Source: Mycobacteriales bacterium (GTDB taxonomy: Bacteria > Actinomycetota > Actinomycetes > Mycobacteriales > CADCTP01). Taken from it: a DNA stretch of 64,000 nucleotides. The translations under genes and the position numbers were made by a program. This document shows positions 44,401 to 52,183 of this stretch, in pieces (position 1 is the first letter of the stretch; every line of letters begins with the position of its first letter). The notes beneath the pieces are model-generated. The model saw only the letters and a program-made list of their open reading frames with translations. It searched no databases and was not told where the DNA came from. The DNA lies in NCBI GenBank assembly GCA_039648995.1, contig JBBWZH010000045.1, positions 2,821 to 66,820 on the forward strand. The letters are read 5' to 3'.

Positions 44401-45674
44401 GCCCGGACCGGCTGCACCTGTACGCGCTCGACCTCGGCCCGGGCGACCTCGCCCCGCTCGCCGACCTGCCGCACACCGGCGCGTACATCGGCGCCGGCGA
44501 GGCCGAACGGCAGATCCGGCTGATCCGGATGCTGCGCCGCGAGGTCGACCGGCGCAAGACCGCCGGCGGCGGCACCCGCTGGCTCGTCCTCATCGACAAC
44601 CTCGGCGCGCTGCTGGCGGACAACGACAAGGACACCGCCGGGATGAGCCGCACCGACGACCTCACCCGCGTCTACACCGACGGGCCCACCGTCGGCATCC
44701 ACATCGCCGCCACCGCCGACCGCACCGGCGCCGTACCCGCGGCCTGGAACGCGATCACCCAGCAGAAGCTACTGCTGCGGCTCGCCGACCCCGGCGAGTA
44801 CGGCAACTTCGACGTGCCGCGCAGGGCCGTCCCCGCCGCGCTGCCCGGCCGCGCCGTGATCGCCGCCACCCACCAGGTCGTCCACATCGGACACCCCGGC
44901 GACCTGCCCGCCGCGGTACGCGGGGTCGCGGCGCGGTGGGCCGACCAGCCGGGGACCGCGGCACCGGTCGGCGTGCTCCCGGACCGGATCGCTCTGTCGC
45001 AGGTGGACAGTCGCGGATGGACCGGCGCGGAACCCTGGCAGCTGCCCCTCGGCATCGGCGACACCCGCCTCGCCCCGGCCGGGCTCACCCTCTACGAGCA
45101 CGAGCACGCGCTGATCACCGGCCCGTCCCGGTCCGGCCGCAGCCTCGCGCTGTGCACGGTCGCCGCGGCCGCGCTGGCCGCCCCGCGACCGCCGGCCGTC
45201 ATCGTGTACGCCCCGCGCCGGTCGCCGCTGCGCGACCTACCCGGGCCGGTCACCGTGCTCACCGGCTACGCCGAGCTCGGCGACGCGCTGGCCGCCGCCG
45301 GCCCGACGCTCGTCCTCGTCGACGACGCCGAGACCGTCGAGGACGACCAGGGACTGCTCGAAGGCTGGCTCGCCGCCGCCGGCCCCGGCCGCCACCTGGT
45401 CGCCGCCGGCCGAGCCGACGGCATCCGCCGCAGGTACGGCGGCTGGGCCCAGAAGGTGCGCGACAGCCGCTGCGGCGTCCTGCTCGTCCCCGACCACGAC
45501 CTCGACGGCGACCTGCTCGGCATCACCCTGCCCCGCCTCGACCGGATGGCGCCCGTCCCCGGCCGCGGCTACCTCATCGCCAACGGCACCGCCGAAGGCA
45601 TTCACATCGCCCTCCCCGACCCGCCCGACCCGCCGGCCGCGCTCGCCGAGCCCGCTCTGGAAGGGACATCCTGA
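41427..45674 (+). CDS. FHA-domain FtsK/SpoIIIE-family triple-P-loop ATPase (EssC-like T7SS ATPase)
   Basis: 1415 aa. The FHA-like region is GRTVVGRGSGSTVVLPAVDVSRTHCAIEV...LASRNGTDLNGRRL. Two TM segments (PFSVAAMLGPIAMAGAIVAL, FAAIAGLSPLMFLGNFI). Three NTPase domains: GTTGSGKSELLRTLV with LLVLIDEF, the degenerate GAVGAGTSTT, and GPSRSGRS. Confidence 0.85.
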   Translation: MRFVFGDAGAELECELAVRRPDARVGDLAAALGVPGGALLVDGRWFRGDAGVDGCGLVLGARVVPPGPAAHPAAPAPAAVLQLVGGLGAGRSVPLPVGRTVVGRGSGSTVVLPAVDVSRTHCAIEVGPSGEVTVTDLASRNGTDLNGRRLDAPVRLRPDDLVCLAGEVLLRVVPPGHAGPVQHVNPVREARAAGTIPFNRVPRVAEPEPPRPVRFPEAPSQAFKAPFSVAAMLGPIAMAGAIVALTKNWQFAAIAGLSPLMFLGNFIEERTRGRRGLRRATREYAAKLAATGVELAARHAGEVAARRTASPDLAELRFRAQAPGQRLWERRRRAGDFLRVSVGYADLPWQPPIASRSEELPPDATRLVAALGPLPQVPVEIEVGAGGVVGIGGDRPAALAAARALLCQAVVTSGPADVTVAVFTDPDRLADWDWTKWLPHGADPQSGSARLVAVGAAQADALAKSLLAAVPGPEPAGTTGRPVTLIVVDGAALLEGRPCPLRDLLAGAGPCGGIVLTDRLPALCTSILTVRGDGAGRLERVTTGAQVDRLLVTGIGEPDARSVARALARYEDPELRADGAGLPDRVNLLSLLDLPEVSGAAVANRWRAQAPAYRVGTVLGVAERDLFAIDLDGDGPHGLIAGTTGSGKSELLRTLVAGMAVGASPEQLTFVLIDYKGGGALDECARLPHVVGLVTDLDEHLGERALRCLEAEVRHRERALRAVDLSHVRDYQRLRDTARPELEPMPRLLVLIDEFATLVTALPDFVDSLVSIAQRGRSLGMHLIIATQRPAGSVSDAIKNNVKLRIALRLESTGDSLDVIDNPAAAGIGSRQWGRGYYRVSAREVLAVQTALSTAITPDAAVSTPISVTPFALGADPHGQEQAEGETDLARLVAAVAGAQAAAGFAPPRRPWPEPLPPVLPLADLPPAASRGLQTDTTGLPTLAIADDPDRQSQYPVGWAPEAGNLLVYGAVGAGTSTTLAALALGVAGATGPDRLHLYALDLGPGDLAPLADLPHTGAYIGAGEAERQIRLIRMLRREVDRRKTAGGGTRWLVLIDNLGALLADNDKDTAGMSRTDDLTRVYTDGPTVGIHIAATADRTGAVPAAWNAITQQKLLLRLADPGEYGNFDVPRRAVPAALPGRAVIAATHQVVHIGHPGDLPAAVRGVAARWADQPGTAAPVGVLPDRIALSQVDSRGWTGAEPWQLPLGIGDTRLAPAGLTLYEHEHALITGPSRSGRSLALCTVAAAALAAPRPPAVIVYAPRRSPLRDLPGPVTVLTGYAELGDALAAAGPTLVLVDDAETVEDDQGLLEGWLAAAGPGRHLVAAGRADGIRRRYGGWAQKVRDSRCGVLLVPDHDLDGDLLGITLPRLDRMAPVPGRGYLIANGTAEGIHIALPDPPDPPAALAEPALEGTS

Positions 45675-45967
45675 TGTCCGACCCGCCCCCGTTCGACTTC
45701 GGCGCGGCCGACCACCTGAGCCAGCAGCTGGCACAGCTGAAAGCGAAACTCGAGTGGTTCGCCTGGGTGCGTACGACCCAACGCCACAGCCGGTTGGGCT
45801 CGCCGTCGAGCGACAACTGGATGGGCCACCGGCGGGGCGATTTCGAGGCCCGGTTCGGCCGCGAGCAGGCCGCTCTGCACGACCTCGCCAGCGCCGCCCT
45901 CGCGGCCAAGGCCCGCGTCGACAGCGACATCGCCGGCGCCCACGCGGCGCGGCAGAAGGCGCACTGA
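45674..45967 (+). CDS. Small (97 aa) WXG100-like protein
   Basis: ATG at 45674 overlaps the ATPase stop (TGATG). Helical, with a central WxG in SDNWMGHRRG. Confidence 0.55.
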   Translation: MSDPPPFDFGAADHLSQQLAQLKAKLEWFAWVRTTQRHSRLGSPSSDNWMGHRRGDFEARFGREQAALHDLASAALAAKARVDSDIAGAHAARQKAH

Positions 45968-45980
45968 GTAGAGGCATGCC

Positions 45981-47648
45981 ATGACCGACGTCTCCGCCAT
46001 CCCGTTCAATCTCTACTCATACTCCGACGCCTGCACGCACGCCGCCCAACAACTGCAGGACTGGGTACACGGCGTGCTGGGGCCGGCGCTGCGCGAATAC
46101 CAGAACGGCGGCGGCACCTGCTTCACGATCGACGCCGACACCGCCGCGCACGTGTCCGCCACGTACCACACGGATCGGGATGTCCGCCTCGTCGGCAAGG
46201 CGTTCGAGCGCGCCGGGCACGCGCCACCGGGCCCGCTGACGCCGTACTCCGCGCCCGAGAAGGAGGTGGACGCGACCTACCGGGCGCTCAAGGCCGCCGC
46301 CGAGCACGGAGCCGAGATGCGCGCCGGCGCCGCACTCGCCGCGAAGATGTCCACCCACCGTGACGCGCGGAACATCGAGTGGATAACCCACATGCTCGGC
46401 GAGCACGCCGGCGACAAGTACTTCGCGGCCGGCTTCTTCAACTCGCTGTCCGCGGACCAGATCGCCGAACTGCTCGGCCACGGGCGGAACACCAGGGCGC
46501 TGGTGTCCGCGTACGCCAGTGGCGCGCTGACGCCGGAGACGATGAATGATGTGGTGCGGGCGCTCACCTGGGTCCAGGGCGGCGATCTATCCCCGCAACA
46601 CTGGCACATCACGCCCGGCGTGCAGGTCTCGGTACTCAAGGCGCTGGCCGCGGACAAAGCCGCCGCGGCGAATTTCGCCAAGCTGCTCACCACGGCTCAG
46701 GCGCGCAAGCTCTTCGACAGCTCACCGGCGCGGAACGGCCGCGCCTGGAACGACTACGGCACCCAGGTCGCCTTCCTCGACCTGCTCGCGACCGCGGCCG
46801 ACGCGGCCGATTCGTCGGCGGCGAAGGAGCTCCTGGAAAAGGTCGCGCCGGCCTTCTCCGGTACGCCGTCCGCTGACGAACTCAGGGCGGTGATGCCGGC
46901 GCTGTCGGCGTTCCTGGTCGCCTCGACCCGAGGGCTGCTGAACTCCGACATAGGGCCGCTGACCGGCAACCCGGCCGAGGACGACGCCCGGATCGGCAAG
47001 TGGGCGACCGCCAACGCGGCCAACCTCGGCCTGCTCAAGGAGTACGTCGAGTGGGTTTCGCGGGGGGAGGAGAAATTCAACCTGGGCCACGAGAAGCAGG
47101 CCAGTTCGCTGGCCGAGTTGGGGATCGACCTGGTCGTAGCCGGGATGCTGGAGAAGGTGTTGCCGGTGGAGGGCGACAAGGCCGCCAAGGCGGCGAGGCT
47201 CGGCATCCATGCGCTGATCGGCACCGGCGCGGTCCAGACGTTCGAGCCGTGGATCGCCCGCGCGCTGAGCGAGGGCGGCAACAAGGAATTCGACGCCGAG
47301 CTCGCCCGGTTGATCAACAAGGATCTCGGTGACGACGCGAAGAAGCCGAAGGAAGTTCTCGGCGACGTGGTCTGGCAGAAGTCGCGGGTGCTCACCACGA
47401 TCCTGGCCTTTCAGCAGCTGCCGGTCTACCGCACCGGCGCCGGCGGGCACGCCCGCCGGGTGACGCTGCACTCCGAATTCGGTACGACCGACCCGGGCCA
47501 GTTGCAGGTGAAGGTGCTGAGGGCGATCAACAGCGGCGACTGGGCGAGACACGTCGAGATCCGCGGCGAGCACGGTCACATCATGAGTCTGGAAGACCTA
47601 CTGGCGAACCTGTCGAAGTCAGCGCACGGTTCGCCGAATTTCTGGTAG
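45981..47648 (+). CDS. Hypothetical 555-aa helical protein (possible T7SS substrate or accessory factor)
   Basis: Long intact ORF in an operon context between two WXG-like genes. Lys/Glu content is unusually high for this genome. No motif recognised. Confidence 0.6.
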   Translation: MTDVSAIPFNLYSYSDACTHAAQQLQDWVHGVLGPALREYQNGGGTCFTIDADTAAHVSATYHTDRDVRLVGKAFERAGHAPPGPLTPYSAPEKEVDATYRALKAAAEHGAEMRAGAALAAKMSTHRDARNIEWITHMLGEHAGDKYFAAGFFNSLSADQIAELLGHGRNTRALVSAYASGALTPETMNDVVRALTWVQGGDLSPQHWHITPGVQVSVLKALAADKAAAANFAKLLTTAQARKLFDSSPARNGRAWNDYGTQVAFLDLLATAADAADSSAAKELLEKVAPAFSGTPSADELRAVMPALSAFLVASTRGLLNSDIGPLTGNPAEDDARIGKWATANAANLGLLKEYVEWVSRGEEKFNLGHEKQASSLAELGIDLVVAGMLEKVLPVEGDKAAKAARLGIHALIGTGAVQTFEPWIARALSEGGNKEFDAELARLINKDLGDDAKKPKEVLGDVVWQKSRVLTTILAFQQLPVYRTGAGGHARRVTLHSEFGTTDPGQLQVKVLRAINSGDWARHVEIRGEHGHIMSLEDLLANLSKSAHGSPNFW

Positions 47649-47673
47649 TCCCACCCCGAGGAGAGGAACTGGA

Positions 47674-47949
47674 ATGCCCACCGTCAAGTCGACCGACATG
47701 GCGCACCAGGAAGCGACCAAGATGCTCAGCATCATCAACAGCCAGATGCCGACGCTGATCAACCAGCTGAACAGCCACGGGCAGCAGCTGTCCGACCCGA
47801 ACAACTGGGACGGGCCGCTGGCGCAGCGCTTCCGCGGCGAGGTGTGGCCGCAGGCGAAGGGCGACCTGGACAAGATGAAGACGGGCCTGGAGCAACTGCA
47901 GCACCAGGTACAGAAGATCCTGACGAACATCACGAGCGCGGGCAGCTGA
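47674..47949 (+). CDS. WXG100 family protein (EsxA/EsxB-like)
   Basis: 91 aa, helix-turn-helix hairpin size, with a central WxG in NNWDGPLAQRF. Strong RBS GAGGAGAGGA upstream. Confidence 0.8.
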   Translation: MPTVKSTDMAHQEATKMLSIINSQMPTLINQLNSHGQQLSDPNNWDGPLAQRFRGEVWPQAKGDLDKMKTGLEQLQHQVQKILTNITSAGS

Positions 47950-48038
47950 CCGACCAACTGCCCCATCGGGGGTTGCGGTACGGCCCGCGACGCCGGGCCG
48001 TACCGCCACCGGCGGTTCACGTGAGGGTGCGAGATTCG

Positions 48039-49949
48039 ATGCCGATGTTTTCGAAGTTGTCCCGGCCGGCGGACGAGCAGGTGGAGAAGGTGCCCGGGTA
48101 CCGGGACCTGCGGCCGCTCGCGCGCGGCGGGTTCAGCCTGGTGTACCGGGCGCACCAGGAGGCGCTGGGCCGCCAGGTCGCGCTGAAGGTGGTCACGGTC
48201 GCCGTGGACGAGGGCGTCCGCCGGCGGTTCCTGCGCGAGGTGGCGCTGACCAGCCGGCTCACCGGGCACCCGAACGTGGTCACCACGCTGGACACCGGGC
48301 TGGCCCGGTCCGGCCGGCCGTACCTGGCCATGGACCTGTACGAGCGCGGCTCGCTGATGGACCGGCTGGCCGCCCAAGGCCGGCTGCCCGCGGTCGAGGT
48401 GGCCCGCATCGGCGCGCGGATCGGCTCGGCGCTGCACGCCGCGCACCGGGTCGGCGTCGTGCACCGGGACGTGAAGCCGAGCAACATCCTCATCTCCCGG
48501 TACGGCGAGCCGGTGCTGTCCGACTTCGGCGTCGCCTGCCTGCTCGACGACCAGATGTCGGCCACCGTCGCCGGCACGTTCACGCTCCGGCACGCCGCGC
48601 CCGAGTTGGTCGACGGCGGCCAGCCCACCCCGGCCTGCGACGTCTACGCCCTCGGCTCGACGATGTACGAGCTGCTCGCCGGCCGGCCCGCGTTCGGCGG
48701 CCGCGGCATGGCGATGGCTGCGCTACTGCAGCAGATCCTCACCACCGCGCCGGCCGAACTGCACTGCCCCGAGCTGCCGCCGCTGGTCGACGTGATCGGG
48801 CGCGCGATGGCCAAACGCCCGCAGGACCGGTACCCGGACGCGGCCGGGCTCGCCGCCGCCCTCGACCAACTCGCCCCCGCCGGAGCCGCATCCGCCGGCC
48901 CGCCGGACAGCGCCGGCCGCCCGTGGCGCCCGACCGGCAAACGCCAACGCACCCTGCCCCTCGCCTCAACCCGCGACCCGACCGCTCCGGCCGACCCGGC
49001 GCCGGCTGGCCCGACTGCCCCGGGCGACCCGGCGGCTGGACCGGCGCCGGCGCGCCTGGCCGGTCTGGCTGCCCCGCGCGACCCGGCGGCTGGACCGGCG
49101 GCGGGTCCGCCCGCGACGGCCGGGCCCGCGGGATCGCCAGCGGTCGGGCCGGTCGGCGCGGTTCCCGGGCCGGGCACCGCCGGGGTCGGCGACTGGGCCG
49201 AGACCGCATTGCGTCCCGGCCGGGAACGGTCGCCGGTCCTGGCCGCACCGGCGGTGAAACGGCGGGCCAGGACGGTCGCCGCCGTGGCGAGCGTGCTGCT
49301 CGTGCTGGGCACCGTCGGTGGGCTGCTCTACTGGCAGTTCCGGCCGGACGGCCCGACCGCCCTCGCGCCGGCCGCACAGGGCCGCCAGCAGCCGCCGGCC
49401 GGCGCGGCGTCCGCAGGCAAGCTGGTGCCCGGCCATACCGCCACGGCGGGCCGCCGGCCGGCCCGGCCGGCCCAGCCCCCGGCCGGCGGCTACCCCGGCG
49501 GCCAGCAGCCGGGGCCGGCCGGCGCTCCCGGCCCCGCCGGGCCGCCGGGCCCGGACGGCCAACCCCAACCGCCGGCCCAGTCGGCGCCACCGGCGAACCC
49601 GCGGCAGCCCCCGCCGGCCGCGCCGCCGGCGAGCAGGCCCGCGCCGCCGCCGGCCAAGCCGGCCAAGCCGGCCAAGCTCGCGGTCGACGGCAAGTTCGGC
49701 TCGGCCACCTGCGCCGCGTTGCAGCGCGCGCTGAACAAGCACCACCACGCCGGCCTCGCGGTAGACGGCGCGTTCGGCACGCAGACCAAGAAGGCCTTGC
49801 AGCGGGCGCTCGGCGTCACGGCCGACGGCGTGATCGGCCCGGTCACGGTCAAGGCGCTGCAGCGGCACGTCGGCGCCACCGTCGACGGCCAGTGGGGCAG
49901 CGACACCACCCGCCACCTGCAGACCGCCCTGAACGCCGACCGGTTCTGA
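48039..49949 (+). CDS. Transmembrane Ser/Thr protein kinase with extracellular peptidoglycan-binding repeats
   Basis: ATG at 48039 within ORF 47844..49949. Hanks motifs VALKV, HRDVKPSNIL and SDFGVA. A Pro/Ala-rich linker is followed by the TM segment VAAVASVLLVLGTVGGLLYW. Three DG-x-FG-x-x-T-x-x-ALQ repeats sit at the C-terminus. Confidence 0.85.
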   Translation: MPMFSKLSRPADEQVEKVPGYRDLRPLARGGFSLVYRAHQEALGRQVALKVVTVAVDEGVRRRFLREVALTSRLTGHPNVVTTLDTGLARSGRPYLAMDLYERGSLMDRLAAQGRLPAVEVARIGARIGSALHAAHRVGVVHRDVKPSNILISRYGEPVLSDFGVACLLDDQMSATVAGTFTLRHAAPELVDGGQPTPACDVYALGSTMYELLAGRPAFGGRGMAMAALLQQILTTAPAELHCPELPPLVDVIGRAMAKRPQDRYPDAAGLAAALDQLAPAGAASAGPPDSAGRPWRPTGKRQRTLPLASTRDPTAPADPAPAGPTAPGDPAAGPAPARLAGLAAPRDPAAGPAAGPPATAGPAGSPAVGPVGAVPGPGTAGVGDWAETALRPGRERSPVLAAPAVKRRARTVAAVASVLLVLGTVGGLLYWQFRPDGPTALAPAAQGRQQPPAGAASAGKLVPGHTATAGRRPARPAQPPAGGYPGGQQPGPAGAPGPAGPPGPDGQPQPPAQSAPPANPRQPPPAAPPASRPAPPPAKPAKPAKLAVDGKFGSATCAALQRALNKHHHAGLAVDGAFGTQTKKALQRALGVTADGVIGPVTVKALQRHVGATVDGQWGSDTTRHLQTALNADRF

Positions 49950-50091
49950 CCGGTCGGCGTCCCGGGTCCGCCCGCGGCGCCGGCCGGCACCCACCCGCCG
50001 GCCCTGCGGGCGCACCGCTCACCGGGTCCGCGGCCGGTGGTTCCGCTGTCGGTGAAGTCCTTGCCTTGCCGGGCGGATCGGTTGGCAGGCT

Positions 50092-50889
50092 GTGCTGATG
50101 GGTCTCGGGTTCGGTGGTGAGGTCGCGGAGTTCTACGCGAGGTTCCGCCGCGGCTACCCGCCCGCCGTGTTCGACGTCGTGTCGGCGGCGTTCGAGTTGA
50201 CCGTCGACGACGTGGTGATCGATCTCGGCTGCGGCACGGGACAGTTGGCGCTGCCGCTGGCCCGCCGGGTCCGGGCGGTGGTCGGGGTCGACCCGGAGCC
50301 GGACATGCTGGTGCTGGCCCGGCGCGCCGCGGCCACCGAGCGGCTGCGCAACGTCGGGTGGGTGCTGGCGGCCGACACCGACATGCCCGCGCTGCGTGCG
50401 CTGCTCGGTCCGCGGTCGGTCGCGGCGGTCACGATCGGCACGGCGCTGCACTGGATGCGGCCCGACGAGCTGTTCCCGGCGCTGGCGCCGCTGCTGCGGC
50501 CCCGCGGCGGTGTCGCTGTGATCGCCAACGGCCTGCCCCTGTGGTCGCAGGACGCCGCCTGGTCACGGCGGCTGCGTGCGTTCCTGCGGCAGTGGCTGGG
50601 CCACCCGCCGCGGGCCTCCTGTGGCACCGATGCCGAGGCCCAGCTCGGGTACCGGCGCGCGCTGGCCACGGCCGGCTTCACCGACATCCGGGAGGTCGTC
50701 ACGCGGTACGACGACATCCTGGACGTGGACCAATTGGTCGGCAGCGTCTACTCGGCGATGCCCGCGGACCGGCTCCCGGCACCGGCCGACCGGCCGGCCT
50801 TCACCGAAGCGCTCACCGAGGCACTGATCCCGGACCGGCACTTCACCGAACACGTCCGGGTCACCACCCTCCTGGCTCGCATCCCCTGA
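50092..50889 (+). CDS. Class I SAM-dependent methyltransferase
   Basis: 265 aa with motif I VIDLGCGTGQLALPLA and GVDPEPDML. Confidence 0.8.
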   Translation: MLMGLGFGGEVAEFYARFRRGYPPAVFDVVSAAFELTVDDVVIDLGCGTGQLALPLARRVRAVVGVDPEPDMLVLARRAAATERLRNVGWVLAADTDMPALRALLGPRSVAAVTIGTALHWMRPDELFPALAPLLRPRGGVAVIANGLPLWSQDAAWSRRLRAFLRQWLGHPPRASCGTDAEAQLGYRRALATAGFTDIREVVTRYDDILDVDQLVGSVYSAMPADRLPAPADRPAFTEALTEALIPDRHFTEHVRVTTLLARIP

Positions 50890-51001
50890 CCAGCGCCCAC
50901 ACAGGTTGCGCACGCGGGCCCGGCCGGGCGGTGTAGGTTGCCTGATCTGCTCCACAGTGGACCGGCCACGTTGTGGACACTCCCCGGGAAGGGAGGTCGA
51001 G

Positions 51002-51472
51002 GTGGCTCCGAGCATCGCGACCACCCGCCACGTCGCGCGCCCTGACCTGCTCGACTTCCTGCGCCCCCGCCATCGCGGCGTGCTGATCACCACCCGCTCC
51101 GACGGCCAGCCGCAGGTCTCGCCGGTCGCCGCCGGCCTCGACGCCGACGGCCGGATCGTCGTCTCCACTTACCCCGAGCGGGCCAAGGCCCGCAACGCGC
51201 GCCGGGACGAGCGGGTGTCGATCTGCATCCTGTCCGAGGAGTGGAACGGGCCGTACGTACAGGTGGACGGGCGGGCCGAAGTACTCGACATGCCCGCCGC
51301 GCTGGACGGCCTCGTCGAGTACTACCGGTGCATCGCCGGCGAACATCCCGACTGGGACGAGTACCGCGCCGCGATGCGCCGGCAGAACAAGTCCTTGATC
51401 CGCATCCACATCCTCAGCTGGGGCCCGATCGCGACCGGCGGCTTCCCCGCCCGGCTGGCACCCGACCAGTAA
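51002..51472 (+). CDS. PPOX-class (pyridoxamine 5'-phosphate oxidase-like), probably F420-dependent oxidoreductase
   Basis: GTG at 51002 behind GGGAAGGGAGG. 156 aa with GVLITTRSDGQPQVSPV...RIVVSTYPERAKARNARRD. Confidence 0.65.
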   Translation: MAPSIATTRHVARPDLLDFLRPRHRGVLITTRSDGQPQVSPVAAGLDADGRIVVSTYPERAKARNARRDERVSICILSEEWNGPYVQVDGRAEVLDMPAALDGLVEYYRCIAGEHPDWDEYRAAMRRQNKSLIRIHILSWGPIATGGFPARLAPDQ

Positions 51473-51567
51473 GCCCGCACACCGCACCGCCCGGCCCGGC
51501 AGCCCATCCCGACGGGCGGGCACCCGGGCATCCGCTCCGCGCGACCCGTCACCCCGCCGGGAGCGGA

Positions 51568-52053
51568 TCAGGCCAGCGTGGCGGTGATGAGGTCAGCGGC
51601 CCGGGCCCAGGTTGGCGCGTGCTCGGCGCAGGCAGGCACGGGCGACGCCTGCGGCCCGAAGTAGTACTGGTGCTCGACGGCGCCGCGGATGGCGGCGTGC
51701 ACCTCGGGGTGGTCGTCGACGAAGTGGGTGAGGGCGAGGGCGAGGCAGTGCGTTCGCTTGTCCGGCCGGGTGCGGCAGAAGCGCAGGTGGGCTCGCGCCA
51801 GGCCGGTCCGGCGGTAGAAGTCATGCCCGTCGAGCCAGCGCCCGGTGCGGGCCTCCAGCCGCGGCCCGCACCTGGAGACCAGCCAGACCTGGCCGCCGAA
51901 CCGGCTGACGAGGTCGGCGATCACCGGCACGCAGCCGGGCATCTCGGGCGTGGCCAACAGGGTTGCCTCGTCCCCGGTGAAGAACGCGGTGTCGCCGCCG
52001 CCGGGATCACAGCGGCCGCCGCCGCGCTGCACATCAGCCAGCCCTCGCTGCAC
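51568..52053 (-). CDS. Hypothetical protein, weakly HAD/nucleotidase-like; start uncertain
   Basis: 161-aa ORF with a THFVDDHPEV motif. The 5' part overlaps the LysR-like remnant on the other strand. Alternative start ATG at 51942. Confidence 0.35.
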   Translation of the reverse strand: MQRGLADVQRGGGRCDPGGGDTAFFTGDEATLLATPEMPGCVPVIADLVSRFGGQVWLVSRCGPRLEARTGRWLDGHDFYRRTGLARAHLRFCRTRPDKRTHCLALALTHFVDDHPEVHAAIRGAVEHQYYFGPQASPVPACAEHAPTWARAADLITATLA

Positions 52054-52137
52054 GTGAAGATCCGGAAGCTGGCGGCCGGGTTGGGGGTGAGCCTGTACGA
52101 ACGCGAGGGCCGGCCGTTGGTCCTGACCGCCGGGTGA
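51988..52137 (+). pseudogene. Remnant of a LysR-type regulator (HTH region only)
   Basis: The tail of ORF 51241..52137 translates to ITAAAAALHISQPSLHVKIRKLAAGLGVSLYEREGRPLVLTAG*. This matches the LysR N-terminal HTH consensus (LhvSQPAlSxqIrxLExxLGvxLFeRxxRxvxLTxAG). It then stops, and no effector-binding domain follows. Confidence 0.55.
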
Positions 52138-52183
52138 GCATGCCGTGCTGTGCGGCCACCTATGAGCGGTCGTCGGCGGTGTG

